Shown piece by piece: positions 49,052-58,965 of a stretch of 64,000 bases of DNA. Position numbers and translations under genes: made by a program. The stretch comes from a virus. The notes beneath the pieces are model-generated. The model was given only the letters and a program-made list of their open reading frames with translations, did not search any database and was not told the origin of the DNA. Positions within the stretch are counted from its first letter, which is position 1; every line of letters starts with the position of its first letter. The stretch lies in the IMG/VR virus record IMGVR_UViG_3300030060_007988; one strand, 5' to 3'.

Positions 49052-50003
49052 AAAAATTGCATTCTTTACTGAAATGCCTTTTATTGGAAAGGTAGGTAGG
49101 GATCATATACATATGAGAACTGAATTTGCTCAAATGTGTGCAATGGAGGTTGATCATTATTCATATTACAATTTAGAAAGATTATTTACAAAACACACTG
49201 GGTATGATCATGTAATAATGTTGGTTAGTAAAACAACTAAGCTAAGGGATTGGATGGTAGATCATGATCTTATGCATTATGCAAGATATATGGGTAAAAA
49301 GGTTTGGTTTATGCAAGAAGCAACATGTTGGATTCATCAAACAATGAAACTCCACCACCAGATTAATCACTATAATTTATTAAATGAAGTTGATGGAATA
49401 TTGGCTGAAAATTTTACCGACTTTGAATACTATCGTGGTATAGCTCCAGAAAAGCCTGTTCATGTAATTCCAACACTTATGATTGAAAAACCTCTTTTAA
49501 ACGCAAGAAAAGTTGAAAAAGAAGACAAATCAATGATAGGTGGAAACTGTAATAGTTGGTATGGTGGATTTGATTCATATTTAGTTGCAAGTCATTTTAA
49601 AAATAAAATAAGTGTACCTAAAATGAGAAATGTTGAAAATGAAAATCAATTAGATAATCTGGAAATATTACCTCATATAAAATTTAGAGAATGGATATAT
49701 CATTTGGCATCATATAAATATGCTGTTCACTTAATGCCTTCAGTCACTGCAGGTACATTTAGTTTAAACTGTTCATTCTTAGGTATACCTTGTATAGGAT
49801 ATAAACAATCTGATACACAAAGACTATGTCAACCAGATCTATCAGTTGATCATTGGGATTTAGAAAAAGCAATGCATCTTGCAAAACGTCTTAAAGAAGA
49901 TGATAAATTCTATAAGCACTGTAGTGAAACAGCAATAGAAAATTATAACAAACACTTCAATGAAGAAGTATTTATTAAACATATGAGAAAAGTTTTATCA
50001 TGA
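49035..50003 (+). CDS. Putative glycosyltransferase
   Basis: Glycan-cluster context; C-terminal AGTFSLNCSFLGIPCIG GT-B-like segment. Confidence 0.55.
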   Translation: MNFTDKKIAFFTEMPFIGKVGRDHIHMRTEFAQMCAMEVDHYSYYNLERLFTKHTGYDHVIMLVSKTTKLRDWMVDHDLMHYARYMGKKVWFMQEATCWIHQTMKLHHQINHYNLLNEVDGILAENFTDFEYYRGIAPEKPVHVIPTLMIEKPLLNARKVEKEDKSMIGGNCNSWYGGFDSYLVASHFKNKISVPKMRNVENENQLDNLEILPHIKFREWIYHLASYKYAVHLMPSVTAGTFSLNCSFLGIPCIGYKQSDTQRLCQPDLSVDHWDLEKAMHLAKRLKEDDKFYKHCSETAIENYNKHFNEEVFIKHMRKVLS

Positions 50004-51199
50004 AAATAAGTTTTATTCAACCAAGTAGAAACAATCTTAAGTATTTAAAATGGTCTTATGATTCAATTAGAAAAAATCAAGGTGATCACACTGTAGAAAT
50101 TTGTGTGGCTGATGATTTTTCTAATGATGGTACATGGAATTGGTGTCAAGAAACAATGAAGAATGATTCTAATTTTAAAGCAATTAGAAATGAAGGACCA
50201 ACTAGATTAGGACATACAATACTATATGACAGATTAGTTAATGAAGTGGCAAGTCATGACATCTGTATGATATATCATGCCGATATGTATTTATGCCCAG
50301 ATGCATTAGATGCAATCGAAAGATATATAAAACCAAAAGAAATTGTGTCATTAACAAGAATAGAACCACCACTACACCCAGAAGGACCAGAAAAAATATT
50401 AAAAGATTTTGGAATAGAACCTGAAGAATTTAAAGAAGACGACTTATTACATTTTTTATATAGAAATGAAAAATTATTAGGAAGAGTTACTGAAGGTATA
50501 TTTGCTCCATGGGCTTTCTATAAAAAAGATTTTCAGGAGATAGGTGGCCATGATAAAATATTTGCACCTCAATCAAAAGAAGACACTGATATATTTAATA
50601 GGTTTCAATTGAATGGGGTTAAATTTACTCAAACATGGCGAGGTTGTGTTTATCATATGACTTGTAGAGGTAGTAGGTTTGCCGATGGTGCAAAAAGAAA
50701 TCCTGATGGTCAAGTATTTATGAAAAACAGGGAAACAGATGAATGGCTGAAACAAAATCAAAAAGCAACCAGGGAATTTATTAGAAAATGGGGACACTTT
50801 TGTAAACATGATGAATATATGAAACCAATTATTCCACCAAAGTATGATATAGGATTTGTTATTAATAATATCCATGAACAATTAATAGGTGCTTTAGAAC
50901 CTTGGTGCAGTACAATATATACCGATGATAGTTATATTCCAATCGGAGATTATATTGAGAATGAAGATACATCATTTGATATGAATGCTAAATTTAAACC
51001 ACTATCTAGTAAAAAGGAAAATGATATTTTAGTTGAAATAGAAGGAAGATTATTTAACCAAAACGATTTTCAGTATATACAACAACTGTCTGAAATAATC
51101 AATGATAGTGGTGAAATAGGATCTTTTAATTTAGGCAATTTAAAAATAACCATTAATAGTTTAAATACATATGAAAAGGAATTGATAGTCTGTGAATAA
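50000..51199 (+). CDS. Glycosyltransferase family 2
   Basis: ADDFSNDGT, HADM, IGGHD...ED.D. Confidence 0.85.
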   Translation: MKISFIQPSRNNLKYLKWSYDSIRKNQGDHTVEICVADDFSNDGTWNWCQETMKNDSNFKAIRNEGPTRLGHTILYDRLVNEVASHDICMIYHADMYLCPDALDAIERYIKPKEIVSLTRIEPPLHPEGPEKILKDFGIEPEEFKEDDLLHFLYRNEKLLGRVTEGIFAPWAFYKKDFQEIGGHDKIFAPQSKEDTDIFNRFQLNGVKFTQTWRGCVYHMTCRGSRFADGAKRNPDGQVFMKNRETDEWLKQNQKATREFIRKWGHFCKHDEYMKPIIPPKYDIGFVINNIHEQLIGALEPWCSTIYTDDSYIPIGDYIENEDTSFDMNAKFKPLSSKKENDILVEIEGRLFNQNDFQYIQQLSEIINDSGEIGSFNLGNLKITINSLNTYEKELIVCE

Positions 51200-52271
51200 G
51201 TTTATACATATATTAGGTGCTAGACCTCAATTTGTTAAAGCAGGTATAATTGTTAATAAGATGATTGATAAAGGATGGGACTGCAAAATAATTCATACAG
51301 GACAACACTTTGATTCAAATATGTCAGATATCTTCTTTAGTGAAATGAATTTACCAACTCCAGATTACAATTTAGGTATACATTCAATGTCACATGGTGA
51401 AATGACTGGTGAAATGATTATACAAATTGAAAGATTATTGGTTAAAGAAAAACCAGACTTTATAGTTGTTTATGGTGATACAAATTCAACTTTGGCCGGT
51501 GCAATTGCTGCAAAGAAATTAGATATAAAAATTATTCATATTGAAGGCGGAATAAGAAATTATGATTTTAAAATGCCTGAAGAAATAAATAGAATATTGG
51601 TTGATAGAATATCAAACATAGTACTTTGTCCAACAGAACATTCAATGGACAATATGATTATGGAAGCATGTGATAGACATGAACAAAAATGTTATTTTAC
51701 AGGTGATATAATGTATGACTGTTATTTACAATCAAAGAATATTTTTAAATATGATAATGTTCCTAATAATGATTATGCATTAGTAACAATCCATCGCCAA
51801 GAAAATGTTGATGATCACATAGAACAAATTGTTGATTTTCTAAATTCAGTAAATGAAAAAATACAAATTTTATTTCCTATACATCCTAGAACTAGAAATA
51901 AAATAAATAAAGAAAAACTAACTAATAGAGTTAAGTTTAAAACAATAGATCCAGTTGGTTATTTAAATATGCAAGGACTTATAGAAAAAAGTAGTTTTGT
52001 AATTACTGATAGTGGAGGTTTGATTAAAGAGGCATACTATCATAAAAAACCAAGCCTGTGTTTATTGAAAAATCCAGTTTGGCCGGAACTAGAAAAGGCT
52101 TCTATAAATTCATGGATTGGCGATTCAGAATTACTAAATAAATGTGATAGTATAATTTATGGATTGGAATATATGAATAAACATATTGATGCACAACACC
52201 AAAAAAGTCATATTTTTGGAAATGGTACAACATGTGATTTAATAATTAAAAGTATTGAAGAAAATATATAA
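51192..52271 (+). CDS. wecB: UDP-N-acetylglucosamine 2-epimerase, non-hydrolysing (WecB/WbpI-like)
   Basis: GARPQFVK, HTGQH, VYGDTNS, PEEINR, TDSGG; GTG start. Confidence 0.93.
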   Translation: MNKFIHILGARPQFVKAGIIVNKMIDKGWDCKIIHTGQHFDSNMSDIFFSEMNLPTPDYNLGIHSMSHGEMTGEMIIQIERLLVKEKPDFIVVYGDTNSTLAGAIAAKKLDIKIIHIEGGIRNYDFKMPEEINRILVDRISNIVLCPTEHSMDNMIMEACDRHEQKCYFTGDIMYDCYLQSKNIFKYDNVPNNDYALVTIHRQENVDDHIEQIVDFLNSVNEKIQILFPIHPRTRNKINKEKLTNRVKFKTIDPVGYLNMQGLIEKSSFVITDSGGLIKEAYYHKKPSLCLLKNPVWPELEKASINSWIGDSELLNKCDSIIYGLEYMNKHIDAQHQKSHIFGNGTTCDLIIKSIEENI

Positions 52272-53137
52272 TGAAAAAATTTGCATTAATAGGGGCAAGC
52301 GGCTATATAGCACCAAGACATGTTGAGGCAATAAAACATATAGGTGGTGATTTAGTTGCATTACTAGATCCATATGACGGAATAGGATACATAGATAAAT
52401 ATTTTCCTAATGCATCATACTTTAAGGAAACTGAAAGATTTGATAGACATTTAGACAGACTTAGGAGAAAGGGAAATGGGGTGGATTATGTATCAATATG
52501 TTCTCCAAATTATTTACATGATTCTCACATAAGACTAGGACTAAGAAATGGTGCAAATATAATATGTGAAAAACCTATAGTACTAAAACATGAACACATA
52601 CAGTCGCTTTTAAATATACAGAATGAAACAGGAAAAACAATAAATACTATTTTGCAATTAAGACATCATCCAACAATAGTTTCACTAAGAGAAAGATTTA
52701 AGGATACAAAAAATATTCACGACATTACCTTAAAATATATAACGCCAAGAGGGTTGTGGTATAAGTATTCATGGAAAGGTGATATAGATAAATCAGGTGG
52801 TGTAGCATCAAATATTGGTGTACATTTTTTTGATATGCTAATTTGGATTTTTGGAAATGTAAGAAATATTAGAGTATTAAATACTGAGACAAGTTCAAAA
52901 GGTACCCTTATACTTGATAATGCAAATGTAAAATTCAACCTAAGTATAAATCAAGAAGATTTACCTTGGAATGAATGGAAGGCATTTAGGTCTATAACAA
53001 TAAATGGTGAAGAACTTGAATTCTCAGATGGATTTACAGAATTACATAACGTTAGTTATGATAAGATTATTAATGGCAATGGATGGGGTTTAACCGATGT
53101 TGAAAAAACTATAGAATTAGTCGAGAAATTAATATGA
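52271..53137 (+). CDS. Gfo/Idh/MocA oxidoreductase (WbpB/WlbA-like)
   Basis: FALIGASGYIAPRH, ICSPNYLHD, CEKP, NIGVHFFD. Confidence 0.88.
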   Translation: MKKFALIGASGYIAPRHVEAIKHIGGDLVALLDPYDGIGYIDKYFPNASYFKETERFDRHLDRLRRKGNGVDYVSICSPNYLHDSHIRLGLRNGANIICEKPIVLKHEHIQSLLNIQNETGKTINTILQLRHHPTIVSLRERFKDTKNIHDITLKYITPRGLWYKYSWKGDIDKSGGVASNIGVHFFDMLIWIFGNVRNIRVLNTETSSKGTLILDNANVKFNLSINQEDLPWNEWKAFRSITINGEELEFSDGFTELHNVSYDKIINGNGWGLTDVEKTIELVEKLI

Positions 53138-54108
53138 AAGACAATATAATAATATATGTATCATCAAAAAATAACTATGATATGTTAGAACATGAAGTAC
53201 TTAAAAATATAAAACTTAGTGGATTTGAGTTTATTAATGTTGATGACAATTCATATGATATTGAAAAGGAAAATGGTATTGATCTATGTAAAGAAAAAAA
53301 CATAACATTTTTAGAAAATGAAGGCATAGGTGTACAGTGGGCAACTCAAACTTTAATTAATTTCATAAATAAAAATAGGCCTAATTGCAAATGGATATTA
53401 TGTTTTCAGCATGATAATTATCCTATAACTCCAAACTTTTTTGAAAGAATAAGTAATCTTACTAATACTGGAAAAATTGACGAGTTTGGCTTATTAGGAT
53501 TCAATGTACTTGACAGGGGCAAATATTGTAAGAACCATTATGAAAAGTGGAAAGACGGAGAATATGTACCAGGAATGTTAGGTCTTTGTCATTTAAGTGT
53601 AAAAAGTGAAAGTAAAAGATGGATATCACCTAGTCACAACTATGACCTATGTGTAGATAATTGGGATAACTGGAAAAATCCGTTTATAGTTGAAATGCCT
53701 ATGTGGGCAGCTGTTGGAATAAATGTTAAAAAGTGGAATGATAATATAGAACCTTGTAATGATTATAGGTTTCATCTTTGGTTACCAGATATTGCAATGA
53801 AATTTAATTCATTAAATATTCCAACAATTATTCTTCCTAAATTATATTGTATGAATGATCAGGACTTAAAGGAAAAATATGACATACCTAGTAAGTCAGT
53901 TACCTCAGGATTTAAACATTATTTTGGTGATGTAAGTTCAAAGGATTCTCAAAAAATATTTAATTCAAGATGGGGTTGGAAATATAACGATGCAAAAAAT
54001 ACTTTTGGTAAAGTTGAAAAAAAATATAGTAATACTTTATTAAGTGATTATTTCAATAATGATCCATATAAAGGTGCTTTAAAAACATACGACTTTGGAG
54101 AATACTAA
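53134..54108 (+). CDS. GT2-like glycosyltransferase
   Basis: INVDDNS, FQHD. Confidence 0.65.
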   Translation: MKDNIIIYVSSKNNYDMLEHEVLKNIKLSGFEFINVDDNSYDIEKENGIDLCKEKNITFLENEGIGVQWATQTLINFINKNRPNCKWILCFQHDNYPITPNFFERISNLTNTGKIDEFGLLGFNVLDRGKYCKNHYEKWKDGEYVPGMLGLCHLSVKSESKRWISPSHNYDLCVDNWDNWKNPFIVEMPMWAAVGINVKKWNDNIEPCNDYRFHLWLPDIAMKFNSLNIPTIILPKLYCMNDQDLKEKYDIPSKSVTSGFKHYFGDVSSKDSQKIFNSRWGWKYNDAKNTFGKVEKKYSNTLLSDYFNNDPYKGALKTYDFGEY

Positions 54109-55067
54109 TGAATATAATGGTAACAGGTGCAGCAGGACTTATAGGTTCGCATTTAGTTGATAAACTATTGGTTGATGGCCATAATGTAATTGGTTTAGAT
54201 AACCTATCATTTGGAACAGCTGACAATTTAAAATTTGCAAGAAAATTTAAAAATTTTATATTTCATAAAAATCAATCTAAAAATTATTCTAATATTGATT
54301 TTGTGTTTCACTTAGCATCTGGTAAAAAGGCATATCCTAATAGTTCAAAAAATATTATGAGTCAAGAAATGTCATGTTCTGATGTGCTAAAAAATAATTC
54401 ACAAATGATTATGGATATATCAAAATATTGTATGCAGAGAAACATTCCTATGATATTTACTTCAACATCAGATGTATATGGAGATCATCATGATTTTAAA
54501 GAAAGTAGTTCAGTACAAATAGGACCAACAAATATTGAGAGGTACAGTTATTCAATGACTAAATTATTTGAAGAACAATATCTTTTAAATTTATATAATG
54601 AAAATAAAATAAATGTATGCATTCCAAGAATATTTGGATGCTTTAGTGAAAGGTCAAAAAAAGGTTGGTCTGCAGGACATATTCCAATTTTTATTAATAA
54701 TGCATTAAATAATAAAGACATTGTAATTCATGGTGACGGAAAGCAAACACGTACAATGGTTTATGTAAGTGATATTGTTGAAGGACTAATTAAAATAATG
54801 GAAAACTTTGAAAAAGTAAATGGTGAAATAATCAATCTAGGTGGTGAAGAGGAAATGAGTATATATGATCATGCAAAAATGATATTGGAAATCACAAACT
54901 CAAATTCAGATATAAAATTTGTTGATGAAAAGTCTATTCATGGAAAGTACAAGGACATAAGAAGAAGAAAACCTAACTTAACAAAAATAAAAAATTTATT
55001 AGGATTTAAACAAAAATCCAATTTTAAAGAATCTCTAATAAAAGTAATAGATGATTGGAAAAATTAA
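54108..55067 (+). CDS. NAD-dependent epimerase/dehydratase
   Basis: TGAAGLIGSH, STSDVYG, YSMTK, GDGKQTR. Confidence 0.92.
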   Translation: MNIMVTGAAGLIGSHLVDKLLVDGHNVIGLDNLSFGTADNLKFARKFKNFIFHKNQSKNYSNIDFVFHLASGKKAYPNSSKNIMSQEMSCSDVLKNNSQMIMDISKYCMQRNIPMIFTSTSDVYGDHHDFKESSSVQIGPTNIERYSYSMTKLFEEQYLLNLYNENKINVCIPRIFGCFSERSKKGWSAGHIPIFINNALNNKDIVIHGDGKQTRTMVYVSDIVEGLIKIMENFEKVNGEIINLGGEEEMSIYDHAKMILEITNSNSDIKFVDEKSIHGKYKDIRRRKPNLTKIKNLLGFKQKSNFKESLIKVIDDWKN

Positions 55068-55068
55068 A

Positions 55069-55980
55069 ATGAAAAAATTACAAAGAGCAATAGTAACTGG
55101 TGGGGCTGGATTTATAGGATCACATTTAGTTGATAAATTAATTGATATGGGAGTAAGAGTTACTATTATTGATGACTTTTCAACAGGTAAACGTGAAAAC
55201 ATCAACCCAGCCGCATATTGTTGGGAACAGGATTTATCAACAGTCGAGGTAAGTACTCTAACTGAATATATGAAAAATGTAGATGTAGTATTTCATATGG
55301 CAGCACTGGCAAGAGTTCAGCCATCAATAGAAAATCCTGTAGACTATCATAATGTAAATGTTACAGGTACGCATAACTTATTAGTTGCTGCAAGGGATGG
55401 AGGAGTAAAAAGATTTATATATAGTTCATCAAGTTCAATATATGGCGATGCAAAAGTTCCAACATTAGAAGAACATCCAAAAAATCCAATGTCACCTTAT
55501 GCACTACATAAATTAATTGGAGAACAATACTGTAAATTGTTTAATACATTATATAATATTGATACAATATCATTAAGATACTTTAATGTATATGGTGACA
55601 GAATGTCATTGGATGGTGCATATAGATTGGCCATTCCAATATTTGCAACTCAAATCAAAGAAGGTAAACCTTGTACTATTAATAATGATGGTAATCAAAA
55701 AAGAGACTTTACTTATGTAGGTGACGTTGTTGAAGCAAATATATTGGCAGCAATGGATGAAGATATTAAAGGAGAAGTATTTAATATTGGTAATGGAAAT
55801 AACTATTCAGTTAATGAACTAGTTGATATGATGGGTGGAGAAAAAAGTTATGGTAATAAAGTTATCGAACCATTTGAAACTTTAGCCGATAATTCAAAAG
55901 CTTATTTTGATTTTGGTTGGAGTCCAAAAGGAAATTTAAAAAAATGGATAAAAAATTATATGGAGAAATTAAGGTTATGA
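55069..55980 (+). CDS. NAD-dependent epimerase/dehydratase
   Basis: TGGAGFIGSH, SSSSIYG, PYALHK, RYFNVYG, RDFTYV. Confidence 0.93.
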   Translation: MKKLQRAIVTGGAGFIGSHLVDKLIDMGVRVTIIDDFSTGKRENINPAAYCWEQDLSTVEVSTLTEYMKNVDVVFHMAALARVQPSIENPVDYHNVNVTGTHNLLVAARDGGVKRFIYSSSSSIYGDAKVPTLEEHPKNPMSPYALHKLIGEQYCKLFNTLYNIDTISLRYFNVYGDRMSLDGAYRLAIPIFATQIKEGKPCTINNDGNQKRDFTYVGDVVEANILAAMDEDIKGEVFNIGNGNNYSVNELVDMMGGEKSYGNKVIEPFETLADNSKAYFDFGWSPKGNLKKWIKNYMEKLRL

Positions 55981-56183
55981 AAAAATCAAAAAGAGGAAGA
56001 CCACCAAAAAAAGTAAAAAAATGGAATCCTATGTATACTAAAATTATGGTTAGAAAAATCTTGCAAGAAAAGCTTAGGGAAAATGATCATGATATAGCGG
56101 AGTTGGTTGACATAAGATCTAAATTTATAGACTCAGTATTGGAGGAACTTGATAAAACCGTTAAGGGAGAAAATGAACAATGA
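55977..56183 (+). CDS. Small basic protein with an AT-hook-like motif
   Basis: KRGRPPKK; ATGA overlap at 55977. Confidence 0.55.
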   Translation: MKKSKRGRPPKKVKKWNPMYTKIMVRKILQEKLRENDHDIAELVDIRSKFIDSVLEELDKTVKGENEQ

Positions 56184-57055
56184 AAAAAATAGGAATAGTT
56201 GGTAGAGGATTTGTTGGCTCAGCAGTTGAATATGGATTTTCACCACAAACAGGATGTGATGCACAAGTTATGATTTATGATAAAGATCCGTCAAAGAGTA
56301 TACATTCTTTGGAAGAAACTGTAAATAATTCAGACTTTATATTTATATCTGTACCAACACCTTCAAATCCAGATGGCAGTATGAATGTTGATATACTACA
56401 TTCTGCACTTTCTGAAATAGAAAAAATAAATAAAAGAAAAGGAAATATATTTTTAATAAGATCAACTGTTACCCCTGGAACTACAACTTGGTTAGCAAGA
56501 AATTTTACAAAACTTAATATAGTTTTTAATCCTGAGTTTTTAACAGAAAGATCTGCTAGATTTGACTTCATAAATCAATCAAGAATAATTCTTGGAGGTA
56601 GAAAAAGAAACACGGCAAGAGTTTCAGAACTATTTAGATGGAGATTTGGTGATTCAATGTCAATAATTGAAACAAACTTTGAAACAGCAGAAATGATAAA
56701 GTACATGAATAATTGTTATTTTGCAACAAAGGTATCCTTTATGAATGAAATGAAAATGGTTGCTGATGAGTGTAGTGTAGACTGGGACATGGCTGTTGAA
56801 GGATTTGTTCGTGATGGAAGAATAGGTCATAGTCACTTAGCAGTTCCAGGTCCTGATGGTAGAAAAGGATTTGGTGGAAGTTGCTTTCCAAAGGATGTAC
56901 AAGCAATGATACATTTTGGTGAAGAACTAGGATTAGGTATGCATACACTAAATGGTACTTGGAAAACTAATTTAACTGTAAGACCTGAAAAAGATTGGGA
57001 ACAACTAAAAGGTAGGGCAGTTGTAGAAAATAAAGGAGAAGAAAATGATTCATGA
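56180..57055 (+). CDS. ugd: UDP-glucose/GDP-mannose dehydrogenase family (lacks the C-terminal UDP-binding domain)
   Basis: GRGFVG, VPTP, RSTV.PG, NPEFL, GFGGSCFPKD. Confidence 0.88.
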   Translation: MKKIGIVGRGFVGSAVEYGFSPQTGCDAQVMIYDKDPSKSIHSLEETVNNSDFIFISVPTPSNPDGSMNVDILHSALSEIEKINKRKGNIFLIRSTVTPGTTTWLARNFTKLNIVFNPEFLTERSARFDFINQSRIILGGRKRNTARVSELFRWRFGDSMSIIETNFETAEMIKYMNNCYFATKVSFMNEMKMVADECSVDWDMAVEGFVRDGRIGHSHLAVPGPDGRKGFGGSCFPKDVQAMIHFGEELGLGMHTLNGTWKTNLTVRPEKDWEQLKGRAVVENKGEENDS

Positions 57056-57434
57056 AACAGCAAATGTTTTTGATTCTGCAATACTTGGTGAAAACGTAAA
57101 GGTTGGAGCATTTGCAGAAATAGGAAGAAACGTTGAAATAGGGGATGGTTCAAACATATCTGCAGGAGTTTACATTCCTGAAAATGTTGTGATTGGTAAG
57201 AATGTATTTATAGGACCTCATGCAGTATTTACAAATGATAAAAAACCACCATCAAATGGCGAATGGAGAAACACTGAAAAGACTTATGTAAATGATGGTG
57301 CGTCTATAGGTGCAAATTCAACAATACTTCCTTCAGTTACAATTGGAAAGAATTCATTAATAGGTGCAGGTTCAGTTGTCACTAAAAATGTTCCAGATAA
57401 TACAACAGCTTATGGAAATCCAGCAAAATGGTAG
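57045..57434 (+). CDS. Hexapeptide-repeat acetyltransferase (WbpD-like)
   Basis: FIGP..VFTND, IGANSTI, GAGSVVTK, GNPA. Confidence 0.9.
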   Translation: MIHETANVFDSAILGENVKVGAFAEIGRNVEIGDGSNISAGVYIPENVVIGKNVFIGPHAVFTNDKKPPSNGEWRNTEKTYVNDGASIGANSTILPSVTIGKNSLIGAGSVVTKNVPDNTTAYGNPAKW

Positions 57435-57655
57435 AATACTATTTAATATATAATAACGAAGATGAACCTATAACTATAGGTACTGATAATGGCTTTGGCG
57501 TTTTCTGGACAGATCAAGGAATGACAGCATTAATGAACATGGTTGATAAACATCCTGAAGAATTAGTGAATGTAATAATAAAAACAGATAAAGGAAAAAA
57601 ATTTGGAATAACAGAATTCCTAGAGAAAATAAAAAATTTAAAGGTTAGAACATAA
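57428..57655 (+). CDS. Hypothetical protein
   Basis: Coupled ORF. Confidence 0.65.
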   Translation: MVEYYLIYNNEDEPITIGTDNGFGVFWTDQGMTALMNMVDKHPEELVNVIIKTDKGKKFGITEFLEKIKNLKVRT

Positions 57656-57780
57656 TGACTCCAAAATTAGATTTGAAAAAAGTTTTTGAAATAGACGATG
57701 ATATTATCCTAAAAAAACAAAAAATAAAAAAAAGAAAGGATAAAACTGAAAAACAACAGAAAAAAAACAATAATAAGTAA
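57655..57780 (+). CDS. Small Lys-rich hypothetical protein, 41 aa (absent from the ORF track)
   Basis: TAATG-coupled start; MTPKLDLKKVFEIDDDIILKKQKIKKRK... Confidence 0.5.
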   Translation: MTPKLDLKKVFEIDDDIILKKQKIKKRKDKTEKQQKKNNNK

Positions 57781-57800
57781 TATATACATATATTTATATA

Positions 57801-58058
57801 GTGTCAGCAAAGAAAAATAAAATAAAGTACGGAAACTATTTATGTAACGTTGGATACTTTGATATTCGACAAAAAATAGTACTCTCTAAAAAAATAAAAA
57901 AGTCCGGAAAACTAGTTTCAACTAAGGGCTCAGTTGACATCTTTGTATATCATGGCAAACACCAGGTTGCTGGACCGTTTAAGGATAAAGCTTTGGCGAT
58001 TGAAAAAGCAAATAAACTATTAAGTGAAAATTTTAAATATGATAAACATAGAAAGTAA
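57801..58058 (+). CDS. Hypothetical basic protein
   Basis: GTG start just after ATATTTAT. Confidence 0.55.
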   Translation: MSAKKNKIKYGNYLCNVGYFDIRQKIVLSKKIKKSGKLVSTKGSVDIFVYHGKHQVAGPFKDKALAIEKANKLLSENFKYDKHRK

Positions 58059-58227
58059 TCTTATAGGAAAAAAGGTTAAAGCAACTGAAACTATTACAAC
58101 TCATAATGGTGCAATATATGCTGGTACTATTCTAAAAGTAAATGATATTAGGTCAGAAAAATTAATGGTTGAATGTCCTATGGGAAAGATACATTGGCTA
58201 TCTAAAAATCATATAACTCTTATGTAA
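58039..58227 (+). CDS. Small SH3-like hypothetical protein
   Basis: Beta-rich pattern GKKVKA...G....V...GKIHW. Confidence 0.5.
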   Translation: MINIESNLIGKKVKATETITTHNGAIYAGTILKVNDIRSEKLMVECPMGKIHWLSKNHITLM

Positions 58228-58275
58228 GATTGATATTTATTTAATAATTAAAAATCAAACTTTAGGAGTTTATAT

Positions 58276-58878
58276 ATGTACACAAAAGAAAAAATTGAAG
58301 CCGCTGTTAAATCTAAAGGATATGCTTGGTTTGAAACAGGCGACTATAATCTTAACATAGTAGGTGTTAGAAATTCTGAAACTGGCACTGAAGTAACAAA
58401 CAAATTTGACGATAAAATTACGCTATCATTTATGTGTGATGGACAATGGGAATTTTATTGCTATGATTGCACAACAGATCCTGGAAGATACTGGGTTGAA
58501 AACATTATGAGAAAAGAAGGTGTAGCTGTCTTAAAGGAAGGACAATACAGAGGAAGCCATATTATTAGATTGCATCAAGGTAGATATGAAGCATTAGGTC
58601 AAGATAGAAATGTAACAGTTTACAGGGATAATAATAAAGATGGTAAATATGACCTAGATCCAAACAATACTCAAACAGGACTATTTGGAATCAATATTCA
58701 CAGGGCTACTAAATGGGGTGGTAAAAAATCTAGCCAAGTAGATAAGTGGAGTGCAGGATGTCAAGTAATAGCAGCTAATGATGATTGGCATGAATTTATG
58801 GATATATGTAGAGTTGCTAGGGATAAGTGGGGTAACAGATTTACATATACTCTACTAGAAAGTAAAGATATAATATAA
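58276..58878 (+). CDS. Putative endolysin, L,D-transpeptidase (YkuD)-like
   Basis: GINIH...WSAGCQV (His plus SxGC); LNIVGVR; AGGAG SD. Confidence 0.7.
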   Translation: MYTKEKIEAAVKSKGYAWFETGDYNLNIVGVRNSETGTEVTNKFDDKITLSFMCDGQWEFYCYDCTTDPGRYWVENIMRKEGVAVLKEGQYRGSHIIRLHQGRYEALGQDRNVTVYRDNNKDGKYDLDPNNTQTGLFGINIHRATKWGGKKSSQVDKWSAGCQVIAANDDWHEFMDICRVARDKWGNRFTYTLLESKDII

Positions 58879-58965
58879 GTAAATTTCATTTTTTGAAGCC
58901 ACTATATTATATTTATATTAATAGATATATAGTGAAAAAAGCTTATAACATAGGAAAAGAAAATT

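Noticed and set aside
35900-57434. Bacterial chromosomal LPS/capsule locus
   Set aside because: Flanked by and interleaved with phage-type genes and motifs; no flippase, polymerase or export genes.
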